Positions 24,324 through 34,258 of a DNA stretch of 64,000 bases are shown one piece after another. The DNA is taken from the NCBI RefSeq assembly GCF_006345805.1, contig NC_043007.1:31496001-31560000 (forward strand), in the 5' to 3' direction. The DNA comes from Octopus sinensis (lineage: Eukaryota). The number at the start of each line of letters is the position of its first letter. Within the stretch, counting starts at the first letter, position 1. Under the pieces are notes generated by a model, which was given only the letters and a program-made list of their open reading frames with translations, did not search any database and was not told the DNA's origin. The translations under genes and the position numbers were made by a program.

Positions 24324-24586
24324 ATTCTGTTGTGTCTAGGGAAAGTCATTTTCTTTTTGTGCCTTATAATTTAACACACTCACCGGTAAAATTTCCACTT
24401 ATTTCTTATATTTATTTTCCTAAAATTTTCGTTGCGTCTTGCAACCTTTTCAATAGTCTTCACTCTTACCGGTGAGTGTGTTAAATTATAAGGTACAAAA
24501 AGAAAATGACTTTCCCCAGACACAACAGAATATGCTTCAACACACGAACTCATATAAAGAATCTTGCAAACCAAATCCAAAAACGA
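24324..24586. mobile_element. Family P2 element in head-to-head inverted arrangement
   Basis: 66-bp inverted repeats at 24324-24389 and 24466-24531 (2 mismatches) around a 76-bp spacer. Confidence 0.7.
24419..24458 (-). ncRNA. Minimal hammerhead-like motif with U3-A8 core variant
   Basis: Minus strand CTA | TTGAAAA | G | GTTGC-aagac-GCAAC | GAAA-A-T-T-T | TAG. Confidence 0.5.
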
Positions 24587-24699
24587 AATATATCAAAATT
24601 GTTTTCTTTTTAATATTTTTATTTTTAAATATTAAATTTGTCGAGTTGATTTTAAAAAAAACATGAATTATTTTATAGATTGTAATAAAGATTATAGGT

Positions 24700-24905
24700 G
24701 GTCAGCTGGAAGAATCACCAGCACGTTGGGCAAAATGCTAAGCCGTATTTCTTCCGGCATTTTTACAGTCTGAGTTCAAATCCTGCCGAGGTTAACTTTG
24801 CATTTCATCCGTTTGGGATCGATAACAACCAAGTATACCAATCAAGTGCTGAGGTTAATGTAATCGACTAACCCCAGTCCCCTCAAAAGTGCTGTCTTTA
24901 AATCC
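24700..24905 (+). mobile_element. SINE family B, diverged
   Basis: ctgagttcaaatcctgccgaggttaactttgcatttcatccgtttgggatcgata...gtaatcgact. Confidence 0.75.
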
Positions 24906-25232
24906 TGCAACGGACCGGCGTCCCGTTCAGGAGTAACGTTGTGATCCCAGTCAAGTACACGACATGAAATCCGGGTAACCGGCCTTGCGAGTCCTAGGGC
25001 TCGAGGAAAGCAAATAAATAAGCACACATTCTCCACCTCTCTTTTCGTCTGGGCGATTTCCGCTTAATTCTGCGTAAGTAGAAAAGCAAAATGACGTTAT
25101 ATGAATACACTTCTCCATGCAAAAGGCCATAAACTCTCTAAAGCCACAAAGAGATTAACGTCAAAAATATGATACATTTTACAATTAGTAAATAAAAAAA
25201 AACAACATTTGAAGTAATACTCATTATCAGTT

Positions 25233-25234
<2 letters not shown>

Positions 25235-25275
<41 letters not shown>

Positions 25276-25668
25276 TTGTTTCAGTCATTTGACTGCGGCC
25301 ATGCTGGAACACCGCCTTTAGTTGAGCAACTCGACCCCGGAACTTATTCTTTGTAAGCCCAGTACTTATTCTATCGGTCTCTTTTTGCCGAACCGCTAAG
25401 TGACGGGGACATAAACATACCAGCATCGGTTGTCAAGCAATGCTAGGGGTACAGACACAGACACACAAACATATACACACACATAAATATATATATATAT
25501 ATATATACGACAGGCTTCTTTCAGTTTCCGTCTCCCAAATCCACTCACAAGGCTTTGGTCGGCCCGAGGCTATAGTAGAAGACACTTGCCCAAGGTGCCA
25601 CGCAGTGGGACTGAACCCGGAACCATGTGGTTGGTAGGCAAGCTACTTACCACACAGCCACTCCTACG
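25235..25668 (-). mobile_element. SINE family A, full length
   Basis: Near-consensus copy. Confidence 0.93.
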
Positions 25669-26459
25669 CCTTTGCTTTTTTTTTCATATACATTTCAGTT
25701 TATATATAAAAAAAATAAATGTGTTCGAACATTAAAAAAAATAATAATAAATTCCATGATATCAACTAATGTGATGCGAGGTCTTTAATAAATATATCAT
25801 ATTCAGAATTCACATGTTTTGTGAGTATTCTAAATATGCTTTGGAGAATATTAAGCAAGAAGTGGGACGAAACACGACCAGTTTTCTCAGCTTTGACATT
25901 CTCTGCTTCTCATATTCCGCGAAAATACTCTAAATCCATCTATCACATGCGTTCACACTGAGAGGTGTAATGTGACGGCTTTCTTGAAAACGACGCCTGC
26001 TGCTAAACTCTATTGAATCGCTGAATACGTTGGGAGCAGGAATTGATGCCACGAAGGAACTGGCTTAAGGTAAACCGGTCTGCATTGGAAACGTCTGGAT
26101 TTAGCTTTGAAAGGGGTTACTTATGCTGGGAATTTCATTGTTCTATACTGAACAGGGAAAAGTAATGTCAGCGCCATTTTCTGTTTGTTGTGGTTGGTGG
26201 TGTGTTGGTGGTGGTGGTGGTGGTGGTGGTGGTGGTGTTGGTGGGGTGAGGTTAGATATTTTGAAAGCTAAATTATATTTTACACACTTACTAGTATTAA
26301 AATGGGGCCGGAACTCATTAAGACTATTTCATTGACGTCATATTTTGGTAAAGGTTTGATCCTGAAGGGATATCATCAGATGTTTTAAATAAAAATGCAT
26401 TTCTCTCTCTCTCTATCTCTATCTATCTATTTATCTCGCTGTATATATATATATATTGT

Positions 26460-26511
<52 letters not shown>

Positions 26512-26619
26512 ATATATATATATATGTGTATGTATATGTATATGTATATATGTATGTATACATACAAGTACACACACACATGTATGTATGTGCATGTATG
26601 TGTGTGTGTGTGTGTGTGT

Positions 26620-26955
26620 GAAGGCGCATGGCTCAGTGGTTAGAACGTCGAGCTTACGATACTGAGGTTGTGAGTTCGAATCCCGGACCGGGCTGCGTGT
26701 TGTGTTCTTGAGCAAGACACTTTATTTCACGTTGCTCCAGTTCACTCAGCTGTAGAAATGAGTTGCGACGTCACAGGTGCCAAGCTGTATCGGCCCCTTT
26801 GCCTTTCCCTTGGATAACATCGGTGGCGTGGAGAGGAGAGGCCGGTATGCATGGACAACCGCTGGTCTTCCATAAACAACCTTGCCCGGACTTGTGCCTG
26901 GGAAGATAACTTTCTAGGTGCAATCCCATGGTCAGTCATGACCAAAGGGAGTCTC
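26620..26955 (+). mobile_element. tRNA-derived SINE family C
   Basis: Head gaaggcgcatggctcagtggttag...gagttcgaatccc; CORE-like ttcttgagcaagacactttatttcac. Confidence 0.88.
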
Positions 26956-27008
26956 AGCAGAAGCAATATACATACATACACCACATACATACACACACAC
27001 ATACATAC

Positions 27009-27081
<73 letters not shown>

Positions 27082-28087
27082 CAACACACCCACCACCACA
27101 ACAATATATATATATATATATATAATATATATATATATATATCTATATACGACAGGCTTCTTTCAGTTTCCGTCTCCCAAATCCACTCACAAGGCTTTGG
27201 TCGGCCCGAGGCTATAGTAGAAGACACTTGCCCAAGGTGCCACGCAGTGGGACTGAACCCGGAACCATGTGGTTGGTAGGCAAGCTACTTACCACACAGC
27301 CACTCCTACGCCTTTGCTTTTTTTTTTCATATACATTTCAGTTTATATATAAAAAAAATAAATGTGTTCGAACATTAAAAAAAATAATAATAAATTCCAT
27401 GGTATCAACTAATGTGATGCGAGGTCTTTAATAAATATATCATATTCAGATTTCACATGTTTGTGAGTATTCTAAATATGCTTTGGAGAATATTAAGCAA
27501 GAAGTGGGACGAAACACGACCAGTTTTCTCAGCTTTGGACATTCTCTGCTTCTCATATTCCGCGAAAATACTCTAAATCCATCTATCACATGCGTTCACA
27601 CTGAGGAGGGTAATGTGACGGCTTTCTTGAAAACGACGCCTGCTGCTAAACTCTATTGAATCGCTGAATACGTTGGGAGCAGGAATTGATGCCACGAAGG
27701 AACTGGCTTAAGGTAAACCGGTCTGCATTGGAAACGTCTGGATTTAGCTTTGAAAGGGGTTACTTATGCTGGGAATTTCATTGTTCTATACTGAACAGGG
27801 AAAAGTAATGTCAGCGCCATTTTCTGTTTTGTGGTGGTGGTGGTGGTGGTGGTGGTGGTGGTGTTGGTGGGGTGAGGTTAGATATTTTGAAAGCTAAATT
27901 ATATTTTACACACTTACTATTATTAAAATGGGGCCGGAACTCATTAAGACTATTTCATTGACGTCATATTTTGGTAAAGGTTTGATCCTGAAGGGATATC
28001 ATCAGAATGTTTTTAAATAAAAATGCATTTCTCTCTCTCTCTATCTCTATCTATCTATTTATCTCGCTGTATATATATATATATTGT

Positions 28088-28139
<52 letters not shown>

Positions 28140-28246
28140 ATATATATATATATGTGTATGTATATGTATATGTATATATGTATGTATACCATACAAGTAC
28201 ACACACACATGTATGTATGTGCATGTATGTGTGGGTGTGTGTGTGT

Positions 28247-28585
28247 GAAGGCGCATGGCTCAGTGGTAGAGAACGTCGAGCTTACGATACTGAGGTTGTG
28301 AGTTCGAATCCCGGACCGGGCTGCGTGTGTTGTGTTCTTGAGCAAGACACTTTATTTCACGTTGCTCCAGTTCACTCAGCTGTAGAAATGAGTTGCGACG
28401 TCACAGGTGCCAAGCTGTATCGGCCCCTTTGCCTTTCCCTTGGATAACATCGGTGGCGTGGAGAGGAGAGGCCGGTATGCATGGACAACCGCTGGTCTTC
28501 CATAAACAACCTTGCCCGGACTTGTGCCTGGGAAGATAACTTTCTAGGTGCAATCCCATGGTCAGTCATGACCAAAGGGAGTCTC
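28247..28585 (+). mobile_element. SINE family C (duplicate of 26620-26955)
   Basis: Same sequence within the tandem duplication. Confidence 0.88.
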
Positions 28586-28638
28586 AGCAGAAGCAATATA
28601 CATACATACACCACATACATACACACACACATACATAC

Positions 28639-28708
<70 letters not shown>

Positions 28709-28736
28709 CACACACCCATAACACACACACACATAT

Positions 28737-28767
<31 letters not shown>

Positions 28768-28782
28768 GCATGCATGTATGTA

Positions 28783-28918
28783 TATTCACCTTCAACTTTA
28801 TGCCATACAGTATTAGAGATCGATTTCAGACTATTTTGCTAATCGGTTTCGCACACAAACGAGGTGAAACCGAAGACGTCGCTCGTCAGAGGAACTGGTA
28901 TGGAAAGTAACCAACGAT
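28783..28918 (-). mobile_element. Short (TA)n-embedded element P4 with degenerate hammerhead motif
   Basis: Minus strand CTGACGA-GC...GTGC-GAAAC-CGATT-AG; (TA)n on both sides. Confidence 0.45.
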
Positions 28919-29507
28919 ACATATGTATATACTTTATATATATATATATATACATATATATATTCTTGGGAACTGTACTGAAAAAACATGGTATGAATTT
29001 TTGTTTGTATATTTATAAAAAACTGATTTAATTTTAACGTGCAATCCTTATGTGGATGGATTAACATACATCAAATATTTTGATAATATCAAGCGTAAGT
29101 TGTTCAGCTCCCCACGTAATGGTTTACAGGTGTAGATTATTCAGAGTTTAAACATGGTTAAACACACAGACATACACACACACACACTCCCACAAACAAA
29201 CACATAAACATACACACATGTAAAGTGTTTTGAGATGCTAATAGGAAATACATTACAGAGAATGAGAAGCAAAATGTTTTCCTATGGAGAATAAAACCTT
29301 AGAGGTACACGATATAAATGTGTTAGAATGTGAGTGGATGATGTGGTTTTGTATAAAAAAAAACTTAAATAAACCAAAGTAAAAACATTTTTTAAGTTAA
29401 ATGATTTAAATATGTTACATATTGCAGGAGAGATGATAAAAGTATAAATTCCATATTAATATAAACAGCTGTTAACACTTTCTGTATAAAAAAAATATAC
29501 ACCGAAA

Positions 29508-30080
29508 ACTGCCGTATTTCCTCGTGAATATGTCACTGCCCTAGTTTAGGGTTAAACCTTGGTACAAATTTGGGATCTTTACCGTTTCACCGACAGATTT
29601 AGAAAATAATTTTTTGTAACTAAACACTTTCTAACTTCGTATACTGGTAGAATGTGTCACATAAAACATTTTTTACTCTTGGCGTTGTTGAGAAAATTCT
29701 TTATTTTGGAAGTTATTTCTTGTTAAAGTTGTCGTATTTCGGTAATTTCAACCAATCAATGACGTGTATTCAGCTGAATAAAATTACTGCCGTTGTTTGT
29801 CAACAACAATTATCGGCGGTGTATTTTTCGTTTGTCACTTCCAAAATACAGAATTTTCTCAACAACGCCAAGAGAAAAAGATGTTTTATTTGACACATTC
29901 TACCAGTATACGAAGTTTAAAAGTGTTTAGTTACAAAAAATTATTTTTTAAATCTGTCGGTCAAAAGGTAAAGATCCCAAATTTTTTCCCTTCATAGTTT
30001 TAAATTTGCACTGTGTATAAGTCGTGTCCCAGTTTTTTCTAGCAAAAGTCAAGTACAAAATAGCGCGAATTATACAGGAG
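29508..30080. mobile_element. Tc1/mariner-like MITE interrupted by the GGGATC element
   Basis: Left end ccgtatttcctcgtgaatatgtc; internal gtgtataagtcg; right part gcgaattatacaggagt; related to 50360-50510. Confidence 0.5.
29572..29978. mobile_element. Non-autonomous DNA transposon (MITE) with ~140-bp TIRs starting GGGATC and 6-bp TSD AAATTT
   Basis: The arms are near-perfect reverse complements; aaattt at 29566-29571 and 29979-29984. Confidence 0.88.
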
Positions 30081-30081
30081 T

Positions 30082-30335
30082 GTGGAGGTACGTGGCTTAA
30101 TGGTTAGGGTGTTGGACTTATGATCGAAAGATTGTGGGTTCGGTTCTTGGACAGGGCGGCGTGTTGTGTTCCTGAACAAAGCACTTCGTTTCACGATGCT
30201 CCAGTCCACTCAGCTTGCAAAAAGGAGTTATCCTACGACGGACCCGCGTCCTGTCCAGTTCGGGAATATAATATACGCCACAGAAACCAGGAAACCGGTT
30301 CTATGAGTGCATAGGATTCGAGAAGGATCTTTAGC
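30082..30335 (+). mobile_element. tRNA-derived SINE family F, diverged
   Basis: ggaggtacgtggcttaatggttaggg...ttcacgatgctccagtccactcagc...cacagaaaccaggaaaccgg. Confidence 0.75.
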
Positions 30336-30443
30336 CTATTTTTATCCCTTTTTTGTATACATGAGTAAAAACTGTATTTTTAAATTATTGCTTTCTTCTT
30401 CTTGTAGAAATGTTTTAATATTCGCCTTTTATTTCTCTTCCAG

Positions 30444-30519
30444 GTAGTTTGGAAGCACAAACCTCTAATCTCAGCTTAGGCCGTCGCCCATTAACAGTTT
30501 GGAAACCAAGTATAGATCG
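30444..30519 (+). other. Candidate 76-nt exon; open frame GSLEAQTSNLSLGRRPLTVWKPSIDR (phase 1 to phase 2)
   Basis: Strong acceptor cttttatttctcttcCAG|G with an upstream ttttaat branch-like motif; perfect donor CG|GTAAGT; unique sequence. Confidence 0.4.
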
Positions 30520-31218
30520 GTAAGTTTTAGCATCTCATGAGAATTTTATGTAATCCTTGAAATTTATTTGTTTGAGGCGGTCGGCACCGCTGCTTTTAGG
30601 TCTTGACCGCGACGAGGAGTGAAAACCGTATGGTTAATAAAAAATAAGACGGTCTAACTTCAACAACTTTTCTGAAATCCTTCACGCCAGATGTATTGTT
30701 TTTACCCAATGTTTATACGTCAATACACCTATAAGTTAAACGAAATAGGTTACAAAACCAGCTGTGAGGTATGGCGTTGTACCTCGAGTAGAATATTTAA
30801 ATTATCAAATGTCTTGGACTGAGTCCCCCCATCAAAGAACTCGTAAAAGTTCAACTAATTAGCAGCTTCTTTTCAACTTACTTCAAAGGCAGAAAGAGGA
30901 AGCATCTTACAGAATATATCAAGTACCATTTAATAGAGTTTAAGGTCTCGCAAATAAATAATGCTTTATACGACTAATATGCTATATACACTAATATATA
31001 TGAATATGGGTCTTAAAATGAATCGTAGGTTTTATTTTTAATTGTTTAAAATTTATTGAAATACCATAGCGATTCAATTTATATTTTATCAGTTGAAAAT
31101 AAAAAAAAAAAAGATGAAAGGTTAAAAGAAAGTTGGTGCAGAGAAGAAAATTCTATGTAAACAAACATGCTCGAAAAAATGTCGAATAGGTTTCTTTGCA
31201 AAATTACGATAAAAATTT

Positions 31219-32130
31219 GCATGTATGTATGTATGTATGTATGTATGTATGTATGTATGTATGTATGTATGTATGTATGTATGTATGTATGTATGTATGT
31301 ATGTATGTATGTATGTATGTATGATGTATGTATGTGTGTATGTATGTATGTATGTATGTATGTATGTATGTATGTATGTATGTATGTGTGTATGTATGTA
31401 TGTATGTATGTATGTATGTATGTATGTATGTATTATGTATGTATGTATGTGTGTATGTATGTATGTATGTATGTATGTATGTGTATGTATGTATGTATGT
31501 ATGTATGTATGTAGTATGTATGTATGTGTGTGTGTGTATGTATGTTGTATGTATGTATGTATGTATGTATGATGTATGTATGTATGTATGTATGTATGTA
31601 TGTATGTATGTGTATGTATGTATGTATGTATGTATGTATGTTGTATGCATGCATGCATGTATGTATGTATGTATGTATGTATGTGGTATGTATGTATGTA
31701 TGTATGTATGTATGTATGCATGCATGTATGTATGTATGTATGTATGTATGTATGTATGTGTGTATGTATGTATGTATGTATGTATGTATGTATGTGTATG
31801 TATGTATGTATGTATGTATGTATGTATGTATGTATGTATGTATGTATGTAGTATGTATGTATGTATGTATGTGTTGTATGTGTGTATGTATGTATGTATG
31901 TATGTATGTGTTATGTATGTATGTATGTATGTATGTATGCATGTATGTAGTATGTATGTATGTATGTGTATGTATGTATGTATGTAGTATGTATGTATGT
32001 ATGTATGCATGTATGCATGTGTGTATGTATGTATGCATGTATGTATGTATGTATGTATGTGTATGCATTTCTGTGTGTTTGTATGTATGCATGTATATGT
32101 GTGTATGCATATATGTATGCATGCATTAAT
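31219..32130. repeat. ~900-bp (TATG)n tetranucleotide array
   Basis: Direct reading. Confidence 0.97.
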
Positions 32131-32140
32131 GAATTTTATA

Positions 32141-32207
<67 letters not shown>

Positions 32208-32210
32208 TAT

Positions 32211-32357
32211 AGGTGCAGGCATGGCTGTGTGGTAAGTAGCTTGCTTACCAACCACATTGTTCCGGGTTCAGTTTTCTACTATAACCTCGGGCCGATCAAA
32301 GCCTTGTGAGTGGATTTGCTAGATAGAAACTGGAAGAAGCTCGTCGTATATATATAT

Positions 32358-32390
<33 letters not shown>

Positions 32391-32577
32391 TATGTATGTA
32401 TATATGTTGTGTGTTTGTGTTTGACGACCGATGTTGGTGTGTTTACTTTCCCGTAACTTATCGGTTCGACGAAAGAGACCGATAGGATAAGTACTAGGCT
32501 TACAAAGAGTAAGTCCTGGGTTCGATTTGTTCGACTAAAGGTGGTGCTCCAGCATGGCCGCAATCAAATGACTGAAG
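32211..32577 (+). mobile_element. SINE family A
   Basis: Head ggtgcaggcatggctgtgtggtaagtag through caaatgactgaa. Confidence 0.88.
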
Positions 32578-32607
32578 TATGTATGTCACGTATGTATGAA
32601 TTTTATG

Positions 32608-32761
32608 TACGGGGGTGGGGTGTCGAAAAGTTCCTGGCTTTGGGTAAGAGAAAATACAGGAGGATCAGTGAATTATGATTTTATCCAACATATTCCCCTC
32701 TCGGACACACACACTTATTGCAGTGGTCCTTTAGCCAGGAACTTTTCAGCACCATATCGTA
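32608..32761. mobile_element. Mariner-derived MITE
   Basis: Ends tacgggggtggggtgtcgaaaagttcctggct and agccaggaacttttcagcaccatatcgta are inverted; TA at both termini. Confidence 0.8.
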
Positions 32762-33732
32762 TGTATGTATGTATGTATGTATGTATGTATGTATGTATGT
32801 ATGTATGTATGTATGTATGTATTTGTGTGTACGTCTGTATATTCCTAGTACTCCTCGTATATCGTAGTTTGTAGTCTCTTCTCTATCATTTGCTCATCTG
32901 TTGATATAAAATGCTGTTTAAAATAGCTCTTTTAGACCAACAAACACTACACTTAAATCTGTACCATTTTCTGTCCTTTCCACCCATCTTCACTTTAATT
33001 ATACTACAGCACAATCGCTAATTATTCACGACACGCCACGACTGGCCATTGTTCTTTCAAATTTAGCATTTCCTTGCTAAAAGAGAACATATTTACTAAA
33101 AGATTAGAGAACGCCTGGCCTACTACCGTTTTCTGCAGATGTTGTCAGTTGTTTTGAAGTATGAATGGATGAATCAGTCATCGCTAGCCTGAATGGCATT
33201 AAATGGACATGAAATATACTTGAAGACTCAACAAATTAGTTGACTTTAAACAACCCACTTTAAATACGGAAGTAGATACATCTTAGAAAATCTTAAGTGC
33301 TATTTTATACAGCTTCTGTTCGAGTAAACACTCTTGAAAATGTGCATAGTTTACCGTGTTGCAATGGCACCAGGCATGCTCTTTAATTATAATCTTCTTC
33401 GTTGTTGTTGTTATTGTTGGCAATCCCTTAAGGTCGAGTAGGATTTTGTGTAAGCGATTTAACATTTGTGAATTCGCAGGTGACAACGTGGATACAACAG
33501 AAATCCAGTGAACGAGTTACAGTCCAACTGGCATCCTGCCAACTTTTGTAGCCCAGCCGACTGTTGCTTTCTGTGTAGAATTATATTAAAATCTAAAATA
33601 AGTAGGAAAAGGAAAGATATTGATAGCTGACAGTATTAAATATTTTATGTTGGTTCACGATAGAGAGAAAACTATATTTTAAGAATTTTAGATTTATCTT
33701 CTGACGCATAGCTACCTTTTTTTTCCATCTTC

Positions 33733-33952
33733 TTATTTCTTTATTGCCCACAGGGGCTAAACATAGAGGGGACAAACAAGGACAAACAAACGGATTAAGT
33801 CGATTATATCGACCCCAGTGCGTAACTGGTACTTAATTTATCGACACCGAAAGGATGAAAGGCAAAGTCGACCTCGGCGGAATTTGAACTCAGAACGTAA
33901 AGCATTTCGCCCGTAAAGCATTTCGCTAACGTTTCTGCCAGCTCGTCGCCTT
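33733..33952 (-). mobile_element. SINE family B with tail A
   Basis: Reverse complement of aaggcgacgagctggcagaaacgttagc...gtcgacttt...gtgggcaataaagaaata. Confidence 0.9.
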
Positions 33953-33964
33953 TTTTTTTCATCT

Positions 33965-34258
33965 TCTACTTGTTTCAGTCGTTGGACTGCGACCATGTCG
34001 GGTTGTCGCTTTGAGGGGCTTTTCTCGAATAAATCGACCCCAGCACTTATGTTGTTTTTTGTTTTTGAAGTCTGTCTGTTTTGTTGAGCAGTTAAGCTAC
34101 GGGGATGTAAACAAACCAACACTGGTTGCAAAGCCGTGGAAAGGGGGTGACAAACACAGACACAAAAGCACACAAAAGCACACATATATATAAGTGTGTG
34201 TGTGTGTATACAACCGGCTTCCATACGGTTTCTATCCAACAAATTCACTTGCAAGGAG
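33965..34258 (-). mobile_element. SINE family A, diverged
   Basis: acttgtttcagtcgttggactgcgacc...ggggatgtaaacaaaccaacactggttg. Confidence 0.8.

Larger units (their letters stand above)
25487..28770 (+). repeat. Tandem direct duplication, two units of about 1.64 kb
   Basis: Offsets of 1642 bp (25508 to 27150) and 1630 bp (26970 to 28600); unique sequence and SINEs are near-identical. Confidence 0.93.

Noticed and set aside
26335-26385. Minus-strand CTGATGA-TATCC..GGAT-CAAAC motif (and its duplicate near 27990)
   Set aside because: G12 is absent and neither helix III nor helix I pairs
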